From a virus (lineage: Duplodnaviria > Heunggongvirae > Uroviricota > Caudoviricetes), in IMG/VR virus record IMGVR_UViG_3300029935_000001, positions 265,867 to 323,407 of that record: a stretch of DNA of 57,541 nucleotides. One strand, 5' to 3'. Shown in pieces: positions 45,205 through 54,395 of the stretch. The notes under the pieces are model-generated. The model ran no database searches. It was not told the DNA's origin and worked only from the letters and a program-made list of their open reading frames with translations. The position numbers and the translations under genes are program-made. Every line of letters starts with the position of its first letter. Position 1 is the first letter of the stretch.

Positions 45205-45912
45205 ATGTCTCTTAACCGTACCAAAACTGACGCCGCGCTCGGACAACGAGTTCACGAACACTTAGTTCGCATGGGAGTAGAAACTCCCGGTGTAGGCACT
45301 ACACCAAAATTTGCCGGCGGAAACGACATCCCGGACCGAAAAACGCAGATTGAATATATCCAATCTAAGTTTGCTGACATTATGGAAGCTCTTGGTCTTG
45401 ACCTTTCCGATGATTCTCTTGAAGAAACTCCTAAGCGGGTAGCAAAAATGCTAGTGGGGGAAACCATGTACGGGCTCGAAATTGAATCGTTCCCAAAATG
45501 CACCACAGTTGAAAACAAAATGGGATACGACGAGATGGTCATTGAGCGCTCTATCACAGTCAAAAGCAACTGCGAGCATCACTTCCTGCCTATTGTTGGG
45601 CAAGCGTATGTAGCCTATATACCCAACACCAAGGTACTAGGTCTGTCCAAGATGCCGCGTGTAGTAGATTATTTCTCGCGTCGACCACAGATCCAAGAGC
45701 GGCTCACCGAGCAAGTATTTCACGCCCTTCAGTTCATCCTCGAAACTGACAACATCGCCGTAGTCATTGATGCTGACCATATGTGCGTATCACAACGTGG
45801 CGTTGAAGACACTTCGGCCAACACCGTAACGTCCAAACTCGGTGGGGTCTTCAAGACCGATCCTGCTGTGCGGGCTGAGTTCATGCGTCTGGTTCAGGTC
45901 AACACACGTTAA
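45205..45912 (+). CDS. folE: GTP cyclohydrolase I
   Basis: ETPKRVAK, CEHHFLP, GLSKMPR, RPQIQERLT, HMCVSQRGV. Confidence 0.95.
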   Translation: MSLNRTKTDAALGQRVHEHLVRMGVETPGVGTTPKFAGGNDIPDRKTQIEYIQSKFADIMEALGLDLSDDSLEETPKRVAKMLVGETMYGLEIESFPKCTTVENKMGYDEMVIERSITVKSNCEHHFLPIVGQAYVAYIPNTKVLGLSKMPRVVDYFSRRPQIQERLTEQVFHALQFILETDNIAVVIDADHMCVSQRGVEDTSANTVTSKLGGVFKTDPAVRAEFMRLVQVNTR

Positions 45913-45921
45913 CCTAAATCA

Positions 45922-45960
45922 TTGACAGTGTTACGCACCGGTAGTTATACTGTGCGTAAC
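45922..45960 (+). promoter_or_regulatory. sigma70-type promoter with a 9-bp inverted repeat around the -10
   Basis: TTGACA-N18-TATACT; GTTACGCAC/GTGCGTAAC. Confidence 0.65.
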
Positions 45961-45980
45961 ACTTACACTATAGGTTAATC

Positions 45981-46385
45981 ATGGACGACCAATATTCGAC
46001 TACCATCAACCCCGAGCTGCCCGCTGCTATCTCCGACGTCCCATGGGGCACAGATTCTCTTGTTGCTGAAGATTTTCATGTTCGCATTCATCGCGACCGG
46101 AGTCCTGTGAGTCCAGGACATCTGCTTTTTGTTCCGCGCTATAACACCACGCTAATCTTAGGCGAAGCGTTCAACGAGGCGTTTCGATATGGCCGGCACC
46201 GCGTCGATATAGGCGAGTGGGCCGGATTCAACATTGGTATGAACTACGGAACGGCCGCAGGGCAAACAGTGGCCTGGCCGCATATTCACTTAATTCCGCG
46301 GTACGAAGGTGACGTTGCGGACCCAACAGGCGGCGTTCGGAATGTTATTCCGGGCAAAGGTAACTACATTAAAGGCAATGAATAA
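45981..46385 (+). CDS. HIT-family nucleotide hydrolase
   Basis: SPGHLLFVP, AAGQTV.WPHIHLIPR. Confidence 0.9.
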   Translation: MDDQYSTTINPELPAAISDVPWGTDSLVAEDFHVRIHRDRSPVSPGHLLFVPRYNTTLILGEAFNEAFRYGRHRVDIGEWAGFNIGMNYGTAAGQTVAWPHIHLIPRYEGDVADPTGGVRNVIPGKGNYIKGNE

Positions 46386-46912
46386 TGAAATTTCCAGCAG
46401 TAACGTATCGTTACACCTCGACTAAAGAGTACATTGACGCGTTCCCATGTGCATACCGGCAATGGCGTGCCGACGACAAGCCAGATGGTCGGCCTGGTTG
46501 CAATAAAATCCATGGATACTCGTTTAGTATCAAGCTTTATTTTGGCTCTAATCACTTGGATGTTCGAAATTGGATTGTAGATTACGGCGGGTTGCGCGAG
46601 TTGAAGCAGGTACTCGAAGATCAGTTTGATCACACATTGCTAGTCAGTGCCGACGACCCCCATATTGATTGGTTCAAAGAAGCCGAAAAGCGTGGAATTG
46701 CTAAGCTAACTGTGCTGCCAAAGGTTGGGTGCGAAGGACTGGCAGATCAAATTTACAAGTTTGTAAATGGTGTTTTTATTCCTGACTGCTTAGGGCAAGG
46801 CGAAGCTGAACGCTTGTGGTGTTATCGCGTTTCGGTTAGGGAGACGCAGTCTAACGAAGCTCATCGCAGTGGTCACCGAGAGTGGAACGAAGACCTGTAT
46901 GAAGGGCTATAA
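46385..46912 (+). CDS. queD: 6-carboxy-tetrahydropterin synthase
   Basis: CNKIHGYS, VDYGGL, FDHTLL, GCEGLA, VRET. Confidence 0.85.
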   Translation: MKFPAVTYRYTSTKEYIDAFPCAYRQWRADDKPDGRPGCNKIHGYSFSIKLYFGSNHLDVRNWIVDYGGLRELKQVLEDQFDHTLLVSADDPHIDWFKEAEKRGIAKLTVLPKVGCEGLADQIYKFVNGVFIPDCLGQGEAERLWCYRVSVRETQSNEAHRSGHREWNEDLYEGL

Positions 46913-46914
46913 CA

Positions 46915-47775
46915 GTGGAAAAGATTAAAGTTTCTGAAAAGTTCTACTCACTTCAAGGCGAAGGTCGCTTTGTGGGTGTGCCTAGTGTGTTTTTGCGGAC
47001 GTTTGGTTGCAATTTTACCTGCGCTGGGTTTGGTCTTGGGCGCGGTGAACGCAGCACTGAAGCCGACGCAGTAGCTAAGAACGTTCAGCTATATAGCAAG
47101 CTTGAAGATTTACCGCTAGTTAAAACGGGCTGTGATTCCTACGCAAGTTGGCATCCAAAGTTCAAGCACCTTAGTCCTACATATGCTGTAGACGATTTAG
47201 CGCGCGAATTAGCGTCTCTTGTTCCGGGGCACCAGTGGGTAACAGCAAATGGCAACGATACTCACTTAGTTATCACCGGTGGCGAGCCTCTGCTTGGCTG
47301 GCAACGTGCATACGGCGGGCTACTTGACCAGGCGCCGATGCGGTCGCTGCGGAATCTCACCTTCGAAACCAACGGCACTCAAGAGCTTAGCGACGCACTA
47401 GCAACCTACCTCGAATGCTGGCAAGGGCAAAGCAATCGCGAAGTGACCTTCTCAGTGAGCCCAAAGCTATCCGCTAGCGGCGAAAAGTGGAGCGAAGCGA
47501 TTCGTCCCGAAATTATTTCCGGATATGCCGACATTGGCTTCGTTTACCTCAAGTTTGTGGTAGCAACACAAGACGACTTTGACGAAGCACGGCGAGCCAC
47601 TGTTGAGTACCGAGCTGCAGGATTTGAAGGGCCAGTCTACCTAATGCCAGTAGGCGGAGTTGCTGAGGTCTATGGAGAGAATCGGTTCAACGTAGCGCAC
47701 GCTGCTATGAGCGAAGGCTGGTACTATTCCCCAAGACTTCACATCGACCTCTGGGGGAACCAGTGGGGGTCTTAA
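46915..47775 (+). CDS. queE: 7-carboxy-7-deazaguanine synthase (radical SAM)
   Basis: SEKFYSLQGEG, FLRTFGCNFTC..CDS, ITGGEPL, ETNGT, SPKL, SPRLH. Confidence 0.92.
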   Translation: MEKIKVSEKFYSLQGEGRFVGVPSVFLRTFGCNFTCAGFGLGRGERSTEADAVAKNVQLYSKLEDLPLVKTGCDSYASWHPKFKHLSPTYAVDDLARELASLVPGHQWVTANGNDTHLVITGGEPLLGWQRAYGGLLDQAPMRSLRNLTFETNGTQELSDALATYLECWQGQSNREVTFSVSPKLSASGEKWSEAIRPEIISGYADIGFVYLKFVVATQDDFDEARRATVEYRAAGFEGPVYLMPVGGVAEVYGENRFNVAHAAMSEGWYYSPRLHIDLWGNQWGS

Positions 47776-47785
47776 CAACCCAACC

Positions 47786-47820
47786 GTTGCCTAATAGACT
47801 AAATAAAACTATTAGGCAAC
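47786..47820 (+). promoter_or_regulatory. 12-bp hairpin with a late promoter in the loop and the SD in the 3' arm
   Basis: GTTGCCTAATAG-ACTAAATAAAA-CTATTAGGCAAC, ATG at 47824. Confidence 0.85.
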
Positions 47821-47823
47821 AAT

Positions 47824-48603
47824 ATGACAAATCCCCCACATAAGTTTAATAAAGACACGTTTACTCGGTTAGTTTATCAAAATAATGTCAACATCGAACT
47901 CATTGAGCCGTTTCAATATACAACCGTCGATGCCAAATATAAAATTCGGTGCCAGCACACTGAGTCAGAAGTAATGGGTTGGCAACTAACTAAAGGCAGA
48001 AAGCACTGCTGTAAAACTGGGTACTGGGAGTCAAAAGTAAAAAGTGTTGAGCAAGCTACAGCGGAGTTTATTGAGAAATCTAAAAGGTTATGGCCCGAAG
48101 GTTCAATAGATTATTCACAATGTGTTTCGAGGGCCGATGCAGCAACGCACGGGCACAAGGTAAATCTTCGCTGCGTTGCGCACGACACCTGGTTTAGCCA
48201 ACATGTTGGCTCGCATTTAAATAAAAGGTTTGGGTGTCCTGTTTGTAAAAGACTAGTGCAGTCGGCTCACACAAAAGAAATGCATAACAAAGGCATATTA
48301 GGAGGCAAGAGTATAAAGTCAGTTAGTAAACCCGAAACAGCATGGCTGGACGCGCTTAACGTTCCTGCCAGGCAGTTCCGCCTTAAGGATGTTGAAAACT
48401 ATAATGTCGATGGCTACGATCCAGCAACAAACACAGTTTACTTATTTCATGGCCGGTTTTGGCACGGATGCCCCGAAACATATGACCCAGAAGAAACGCA
48501 CCCAATAACAGGACTAAAGATGAAAGAGCTGTATGAATCAACTAAGGCTTGGGAACGTAAAATAACGAATGCAGGGTATAACTTAATAGTTAAATGGGGG
48601 TAA
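47824..48603 (+). mobile_element. putative free-standing homing endonuclease (Zn-finger repeats plus Vsr/DUF559-like PD-(D/E)XK domain)
   Basis: Two C..H..CxxC repeats; KPETAWLD..VDGYD..YLFHGRFWHG. Confidence 0.7.
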
Positions 48604-48653
48604 TGTGCGTAAAAGCATAAATCTGCTCTTTGGAAACACCTGGAATACATAAA

Positions 48654-48926
48654 ATGTCAATCCCATTTGCCCAAGGTCACGATACTTATAACCAGTACGT
48701 TATTCAGACGTTTGGGCCCAGAATGCAGTGGCGCAAGCGTTTCGCTCTATGGCCGCGTCGCAGTACGCTTTCGAACCAACTGATCTGGTTCAAGTCTGCG
48801 GTTGTAGGGTTTCACGAGTACAGGGTTAACCTTGGAATGCAGAAGATGCGCCAGCAACTAGCAGTAGTCACCGAGGAAGAGTTCACTTACCTGTCACTGA
48901 TGAATTTTTTTCAAGAAGCAGAATGA
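48654..48926 (+). CDS. hypothetical protein
   Basis: WRKRFALWPRR. Confidence 0.55.
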   Translation: MSIPFAQGHDTYNQYVIQTFGPRMQWRKRFALWPRRSTLSNQLIWFKSAVVGFHEYRVNLGMQKMRQQLAVVTEEEFTYLSLMNFFQEAE

Positions 48927-49321
48927 TAACGATTTTAGATGGAGTGGTAGAAATGTTTGCGTGGATTCGAAGTAAATTTACAAAAAAGAAAACTGTTGCA
49001 GAAAAGATTCAAGCAACTCAGACTGAAAAAGAGCTGGCTACTGCTAGCGGAGAACCTTATGTGAATGTTATTCGAGTCGATATAGATCCTGCTACTGCAG
49101 CAGTGGGGTCGTTTGAGTTAGACTGGAATGATATTTTTGTTGCTCGTTTGATTAAACAAGGCTACTCTGGCAAAACTGACGCAGACATTGTAGACCAGTG
49201 GTTTACGCAAGTATGTCAAGGCATAGCAATGGAATTGTGGGAGCAAACCGAAGCTCAAGAAAGTCCAGCGCGGCGAGTGCGCACACAAAATTTAGGCAAC
49301 GGACGGAGCGAAGTATCGTGA
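48923..49321 (+). CDS. hypothetical phage protein
   Basis: GEPYVNV..GSFELDWND.FV..L..GYSG..VDQWF. Confidence 0.75.
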   Translation: MITILDGVVEMFAWIRSKFTKKKTVAEKIQATQTEKELATASGEPYVNVIRVDIDPATAAVGSFELDWNDIFVARLIKQGYSGKTDADIVDQWFTQVCQGIAMELWEQTEAQESPARRVRTQNLGNGRSEVS

Positions 49322-49806
49322 TTGTGATTGTTGGGTCTATGTACCTTTGCGGAGCATACTCTCGGGTTCCGTATTGTTACGCACATGAAGATCCGCGATA
49401 CCAATACAATAACAATCTTCCGCACCCTGAGAATTTAAAGTTCTCGGCTGCTGCACAAGTAGCAAATATTCTCAAAGAACCTTTTATATATGGTCGCCCG
49501 GTAATTGCGGATACTATGGTAATAAGTGAAATTAATCAGTTGTTAGCAAAGTATCCAGACGCATTTGTTATAGCCGAAACCTTTCAACCACCGGGAACTT
49601 CTGGGGTAGTCAAACGTTTGACCAATCACCCGTCACTGGTAGTGTCTAAAACGCACGCAATCGGGATCCCAGCGTTGAATGTTATTGCAGCAAACACTGA
49701 AGCGGTTAACGATCCTCAGTTTGTTGACGACGAAGGGCATAGATTAATAGCAAAATCTATGCTACAATATATCATAACCACTCATAAAGAATTTTTTAAC
49801 CTATGA
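49318..49806 (+). CDS. hypothetical protein, weak SGNH-like pattern
   Basis: GTGA overlap; VIVGS..DDEGHRLIA. Confidence 0.5.
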   Translation: MIVIVGSMYLCGAYSRVPYCYAHEDPRYQYNNNLPHPENLKFSAAAQVANILKEPFIYGRPVIADTMVISEINQLLAKYPDAFVIAETFQPPGTSGVVKRLTNHPSLVVSKTHAIGIPALNVIAANTEAVNDPQFVDDEGHRLIAKSMLQYIITTHKEFFNL

Positions 49807-50804
49807 AATACATCTTAGTTGACAGCCTGAATACATTTTTCCGCTGTATTCATACCGCCCACCGGGCAAGTGATACTTGGGCAAAAATGGGGTTAGCGCT
49901 TCACGTCACACTGTCGTCTGTAAACTCGGTGGTGCAAAAGCTTGGCGCAGATCATGTTATTTTTGCTACCGAAGGAAAAAGTTGGCGCAAACAGGTATAT
50001 CCCCCGTACAAGAAAAATCGCGAAGCAGCACGGGCCGCACAAACCGAAAAAGAAGTTGAAGAAGGTCGTATGCTAATGGAAGCGTACTCGGCGATGATTG
50101 CTTTTTTGGGAGAAAAAACCAATGTGTCGGTCCTCCACAACCCAGAAGCCGAAGCCGACGATTTGATTGCCCGGTTCGTAGCGCTACACCCAAACGATGA
50201 AATTGTAATTGTGTCCTCAGACACCGACTACTACCAACTGGTTAACACTCGAGTCTCGATCTTTAACGGGGTAACTGACGAGTTAATTACTATCGGCGGT
50301 ATTTTCACCAGTGGTGGCAAGCCAGTAATAGACCGAAAAACCAAAGAACACAAAACGCTCGGCAATCCACAGTGGTTGTTGTTTGAGAAGTGTATGCGCG
50401 GCGACACTTCCGACAATGTTTTTTCAGCGTTCCCGGGAGTTCGAGTTAAAGGAACTAAAAACAAAGTTGGGCTGCTCGAAGCCTTTGAAGATCGAGATAA
50501 GAAAGGATACGCGTGGAATAACCTAATGTTACAAAAATGGGTAGACCACAACGGAGAAGACCACCGAGTCATGGACGATTACGCTCGCAATGTTATGTTA
50601 ATCGACCTTACTGCGCAGCCCGAGCGCATCAAAGCGGCAGTTGACGCGTCCATTGATACGCAGCTAAAAAAATCAGCAGTGGCCGGAACGGTTGGGTTAC
50701 ATTTTCTCAAGTTTTGCGGAAAATTTGAGCTCAATAAGCTAAGTGATAACCCAGCGAGTTTTGCTGTATGGCTAAACAAGGCTTACGACGGAGTCCTAAA
50801 ATGA
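49803..50804 (+). CDS. rnh: T4 RNase H-like 5'-3' exonuclease
   Basis: ILVDS, EADDLIA, IVSSDTDYYQL, GDTSDNV, GVRVKG. Confidence 0.9.
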   Translation: MKYILVDSLNTFFRCIHTAHRASDTWAKMGLALHVTLSSVNSVVQKLGADHVIFATEGKSWRKQVYPPYKKNREAARAAQTEKEVEEGRMLMEAYSAMIAFLGEKTNVSVLHNPEAEADDLIARFVALHPNDEIVIVSSDTDYYQLVNTRVSIFNGVTDELITIGGIFTSGGKPVIDRKTKEHKTLGNPQWLLFEKCMRGDTSDNVFSAFPGVRVKGTKNKVGLLEAFEDRDKKGYAWNNLMLQKWVDHNGEDHRVMDDYARNVMLIDLTAQPERIKAAVDASIDTQLKKSAVAGTVGLHFLKFCGKFELNKLSDNPASFAVWLNKAYDGVLK

Positions 50805-51229
50805 TCGTAGCTAAACCAGTGGTAAATGGACAATACTGGATTCTCAAAGACGGCGAAGTTAAAGTTGGCGAGATTCAAAAACAAGCCAGCGGGGTTCGTG
50901 TTTCGGTAAACCATCGAGCTACTACGTTTAAGTCATTGTCGTTAGCTGAGCAAAGGTTGTCCCTACAAATTGACCGTACTCCCTTGCCAGCGCCTGAGCA
51001 AACGTTTGACACACTCCAAGGGTACCCAACCGTTGGGGAGGTTCACAATCCAGTATACGATATTCAGCGCCGGATTCCGCTCTACACCAAAGAAGCAAAG
51101 TCAAAATCACAATTCGCAGCCGGCTGGTATCGTGTAAAACAAGGCGCCGACTACGAATGGATGCTCTGTCCAAAGCTAATTTTGCTTCAGCGTTACCCAT
51201 GGACGGGCCCGTACAAGGAATCAGAATGA
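50801..51229 (+). CDS. hypothetical phage protein
   Basis: ATGA overlap; PLYTK..KS.FAAGWY..CPKLI.LQRY...GP. Confidence 0.75.
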   Translation: MIVAKPVVNGQYWILKDGEVKVGEIQKQASGVRVSVNHRATTFKSLSLAEQRLSLQIDRTPLPAPEQTFDTLQGYPTVGEVHNPVYDIQRRIPLYTKEAKSKSQFAAGWYRVKQGADYEWMLCPKLILLQRYPWTGPYKESE

Positions 51230-51411
51230 TATATGTCAACCATTTTCTAAACAAAATCAAAGCTGCCCAGGCATCAAATAATCGTGCTGTAACATTATCA
51301 ATGGCCGAGGCCACTGGCTTGCATGCTGACATAACCGCGTTACTTCTTGAGTTACAAAAAAAGACCGAACCTGCAAACGAAAAAATTATGTTGCGTGGTG
51401 AAGATTTTTGA
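51226..51411 (+). CDS. small hypothetical protein
   Basis: AAGGA RBS, ATGA overlap. Confidence 0.6.
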   Translation: MIYVNHFLNKIKAAQASNNRAVTLSMAEATGLHADITALLLELQKKTEPANEKIMLRGEDF

Positions 51412-51454
51412 ATAAACCGCTCAGTTAATGGGGTAAATACAAGCGGAGGCACCA

Positions 51455-51745
51455 ATGTCAAGACCAAAGCCGCAAGTATTATCTGAAATTACAAGCAAAA
51501 CAACTTTTAAGACTGAACAAGTGTTAGCATCCGCTGGCATTTGGGCGGTCTTTTTTAATGGTCAGCCAATTAACTTAAAATCGTTTCATTACTTAGGTCA
51601 CGGACCTGGCCCTAAGTACAAGAAAGTTTCGTTTTCGAACCAGGGTCACGCAATTAATCTCTGTAAAAAACTGAATAAACAATTTCGCACTAACCAGTTT
51701 ACTGTAGTGCTATTGACTGCTGGAGAGGTAGTTTTCTCCGGATGA
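51455..51745 (+). CDS. hypothetical phage late protein
   Basis: GTAAATA at 51433, GGAGG RBS. Confidence 0.75.
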   Translation: MSRPKPQVLSEITSKTTFKTEQVLASAGIWAVFFNGQPINLKSFHYLGHGPGPKYKKVSFSNQGHAINLCKKLNKQFRTNQFTVVLLTAGEVVFSG

Positions 51746-52161
51746 ACCAAAAGCTGCGTATAACTCAAGATGTTTTTGCCGAGCTGCGCGCCAGCGGCAT
51801 TAACATGAAGTTAAACGATGGGTTTATGTCATTGTATTCGCGATTGTGGCAAAACCCGCGCAACACCGGCGGCTTACGATTGTCTGACTCGGGTCGAAAG
51901 ATATTTGCTGAACTAGGCCAGCCCGGTATCGAAGTGCCTGTAGTTGCCGAAACTGTTCAATCGAACAATCGCTATCGGCCAGAAGTATTCACTTCGCGAA
52001 CGCTGCTGTTGTTAGATCAACGCGTGCCATGTCCTTATTACATCAGCAAAGTTCCGTTGCGTCTTTTCTTATATGACGAGCGCGAAGTGGTAGTGTTTAC
52101 GCTAGCTGGAACCATTTCTCAGTATCTTAGTATAGTCGGTCGAGAGAACCCCGCGCTGTAA
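51742..52161 (+). CDS. hypothetical protein
   Basis: ATGA overlap. Confidence 0.7.
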   Translation: MNQKLRITQDVFAELRASGINMKLNDGFMSLYSRLWQNPRNTGGLRLSDSGRKIFAELGQPGIEVPVVAETVQSNNRYRPEVFTSRTLLLLDQRVPCPYYISKVPLRLFLYDEREVVVFTLAGTISQYLSIVGRENPAL

Positions 52162-52175
52162 TATAAATAAGTATT

Positions 52176-52769
52176 ATGCTACTACATAATCTTCTTAACG
52201 AACACATCGTCAACCTCCGGAGCCCAACTGAAAAACGCGCATACGCAGATCGTGTTTGGGAACTGCTTCAACAGTCTTACTCGAGCATCGGTGGGTTTAA
52301 GTCAGCTAGTTCCCCCGAGGAACTAATCGCAGACTCAGGGTTGTGGAAGCTAGTCACTCGATCGGGCGAAATCACAGCAGTTAACATTTATAAAGATTCG
52401 TTTGGGCGCAAATCTATAGCGTCAGGCACCAATAGCACGCCCCAAGGCAAAGCTGACTACAGGATGGTCAAAGACGAAGATTTTAAGTTAAAGCGTGCGT
52501 GGGCTGAGGTTTCGGGCGCAGTTGAGCGTGTTATGGCTAAAAGTGGTGGTCGACCAATTCCGGCTAAGTACGCTGAGATTTTAACCGGTAAGCGGATCTT
52601 AGACATCAGCGACGACGGTGCGCACTACACTAGACTGATCGCTGGACACCCGCACGAAAAAGTAATTTACGGATTTGTTAATCTATCCCCAATTGATGTT
52701 GCCAATCTCAAGGCCTTAGGCATTGATGTTCATCAGTTGCCCGATCAATTTGTAGTTAGTCGAGGTTGA
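52176..52769 (+). CDS. putative capsid-internal protein (tag MLLHNLLNE)
   Basis: TATAAATA at 52162; CTS-like N-terminus. Confidence 0.65.
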   Translation: MLLHNLLNEHIVNLRSPTEKRAYADRVWELLQQSYSSIGGFKSASSPEELIADSGLWKLVTRSGEITAVNIYKDSFGRKSIASGTNSTPQGKADYRMVKDEDFKLKRAWAEVSGAVERVMAKSGGRPIPAKYAEILTGKRILDISDDGAHYTRLIAGHPHEKVIYGFVNLSPIDVANLKALGIDVHQLPDQFVVSRG

Positions 52770-52794
52770 CTTCAACCGTCAAATACTGTATTAT
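52766..52794 (+). promoter_or_regulatory. sigma70-type promoter
   Basis: TTGACT-N17-TATTAT. Confidence 0.65.
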
Positions 52795-52814
52795 AGTATT
52801 TGGAGGTAGTGAGT

Positions 52815-53393
52815 ATGGGTTTAGTCATTTATTTACATGGGTTTGCGTCAAAAGGCGAGTCGCCTAAGAGCATTTTGTTGGCTGAGAATCTTGCAGGCCA
52901 CACAGTAGTGGCACCAGACCTTCCACTTGATCCAGCTGCGCTCGAGCAGCAAATCACTGAGATTGTAGAATCTCACCACGAGCGCCCGGTGGTCTTCGTT
53001 GGTACCAGCCTTGGTGGGTTCTGGGCAAACTATTTTGCTCAGCGTTTTGACGCTCCATGCGTAATTGCCAACCCGTCGCCGTCACCGTCGGTGACATTAG
53101 CCCGCCGGGCTAATCAAGACACCCCAGTGTATGGTACCGATCGCACAGTACGCGTAACTGATGTGGTTCTCAGTGGGTTGTTGCGTGCTGAATCTTACTT
53201 GGTAAATAACACAAACGGAGCACTAATCAATCTCTTTGTTGCCAAGGACGACGAACAGCTAGATTATCAAGCTATGTTAGCAGCGTTTCCGTTCACTGCG
53301 TTCAAGGCGGTGATGGAAACTGGCGGTCACCGATTTGAGCAACACTGGCCCTTGGTAGTAAAGCGTGTGAAGGAACTGGTTGGTGATGTATGA
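52815..53393 (+). CDS. YqiA/YcfP-like alpha/beta hydrolase (esterase)
   Basis: YLHGFAS, GTSLGG nucleophile elbow, DEQL, GGHRF. Confidence 0.85.
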   Translation: MGLVIYLHGFASKGESPKSILLAENLAGHTVVAPDLPLDPAALEQQITEIVESHHERPVVFVGTSLGGFWANYFAQRFDAPCVIANPSPSPSVTLARRANQDTPVYGTDRTVRVTDVVLSGLLRAESYLVNNTNGALINLFVAKDDEQLDYQAMLAAFPFTAFKAVMETGGHRFEQHWPLVVKRVKELVGDV

Positions 53394-53520
53394 TCAGCCG
53401 CAACCGTGGCAGTGCCAACATTGTGGGGCCACAATAGGATACCTTGGTAGATTGTTAGAGTTTTTGTTAAAAGTGTTTGGCTACACCGAACACGAATGCT
53501 CAAAAACCACCGAAAAATAA
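53386..53520 (+). CDS. small Cys/His protein (44 aa, not in track)
   Basis: WQCQHCGATIG...HEC. Confidence 0.45.
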   Translation: MYDQPQPWQCQHCGATIGYLGRLLEFLLKVFGYTEHECSKTTEK

Positions 53521-53550
53521 CATTTTTTTATCGTAGGGATAAATAAAAGT

Positions 53551-53691
53551 ATGAAACTAGAAACAATCCTCCATTGGCAACCAATGACACCGGCACTTGA
53601 GTGCCCGGTCTTTGCGGCCGAAGGAACCGGGATTGGTGGTCGTTTAGACCAGTATAATAATAAAAGTATCTCTGAGGGGTGGGATGGGTAA
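53551..53691 (+). CDS. 46-aa leader-like ORF
   Basis: GATAAATA at 53538; MKLETILHWQPMTPALECPVFAAEG... Confidence 0.35.
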   Translation: MKLETILHWQPMTPALECPVFAAEGTGIGGRLDQYNNKSISEGWDG

Positions 53692-53731
53692 GCAGACCTA
53701 AAAAGAATTAAAAATGCTGCGAAACCGAGAC

Positions 53732-53763
53732 TGCCCTGGAGATAAAAGCCCAGGGCATTTTTT
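53732..53763 (+). terminator. intrinsic terminator
   Basis: TGCCCTGG-N10-CCAGGGCA-TTTTTT. Confidence 0.85.
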
Positions 53764-53767
53764 GTGG

Positions 53768-53796
53768 TTGACACCTGGTGTTGAGAGTAGTATACT
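53768..53796 (+). promoter_or_regulatory. sigma70-type promoter
   Basis: TTGACA-N17-TATACT. Confidence 0.8.
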
Positions 53797-53822
53797 GTTA
53801 AAACTGTAGGGAGGAGCTAGCG

Positions 53823-53993
53823 ATGAAAGCCGAACTAGACAAGCTTAACGAGCAAATCAAGTTTTTCTCGAAACTCTCAGTAGAGTATCCTGCCTACAGT
53901 GAGATGCTAGCACAGCTCGAAAAGCAACGCGCTGAGTTGGTGTCGAGAATCGGTCACAAGCGCATGATTATGCGCTTGCGCAGCAAACGGTAA
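53823..53993 (+). CDS. small coiled-coil protein (56 aa, not in track)
   Basis: GGAGGAG RBS; MKAELDKLNEQIKFF. Confidence 0.6.
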   Translation: MKAELDKLNEQIKFFSKLSVEYPAYSEMLAQLEKQRAELVSRIGHKRMIMRLRSKR

Positions 53994-54025
53994 TGCGCTG
54001 CGGCAACAAAAGTTGTAAAAAGTGG

Positions 54026-54054
54026 TTGACAGCAAGCCGAGTAGGCAGTATAGT
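54026..54054 (+). promoter_or_regulatory. sigma70-type promoter
   Basis: AAAAAGTGG-TTGACA-N17-TATAGT. Confidence 0.8.
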
Positions 54055-54081
54055 GTAATAAACTAAGCAACGGAGCACACC

Positions 54082-54282
54082 ATGAAAGACGTAACAGGCA
54101 AGGCACTGGAAGTGGGCGACAAGATTGTGTTAATCCCGCAAGACGGATACACATCTGCGCTGTCGATGGGTGTGGTCATTGGATTTACCCCTAAAAAGGT
54201 AAAGATCCAGCTAACTAACAAGGCCTGGGCTTACTCGGCCGCTGAGTGTTTGAAGTTTCCGGAGCAGGTAGCAAAAGTTTAA
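54082..54282 (+). CDS. small KOW/SH3-like protein
   Basis: MKDVTGKALEVGDKIV..GVVIGFTPKKVKI. Confidence 0.7.
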   Translation: MKDVTGKALEVGDKIVLIPQDGYTSALSMGVVIGFTPKKVKIQLTNKAWAYSAAECLKFPEQVAKV

Positions 54283-54290
54283 AAAAGTGG

Positions 54291-54318
54291 TTGACACAAA
54301 AAGTAAGTAGTGTATAAT
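54291..54318 (+). promoter_or_regulatory. sigma70-type promoter
   Basis: TTGACA-N16-TATAAT with an upstream A tract. Confidence 0.8.
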
Positions 54319-54382
54319 AAGAACTGTAGTAAATGATGTCGAGCGTGGGGTTGAAACTGGAACCCAGTCACTAAGACATCAA

Positions 54383-54394
54383 GCTCTTTTAAAA
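54383..54394 (+). promoter_or_regulatory. rrn-like boxA
   Basis: GCTCTTTTAAAA; further copies at 54776, 54836 and 56388. Confidence 0.55.
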
Positions 54395-54395
54395 T

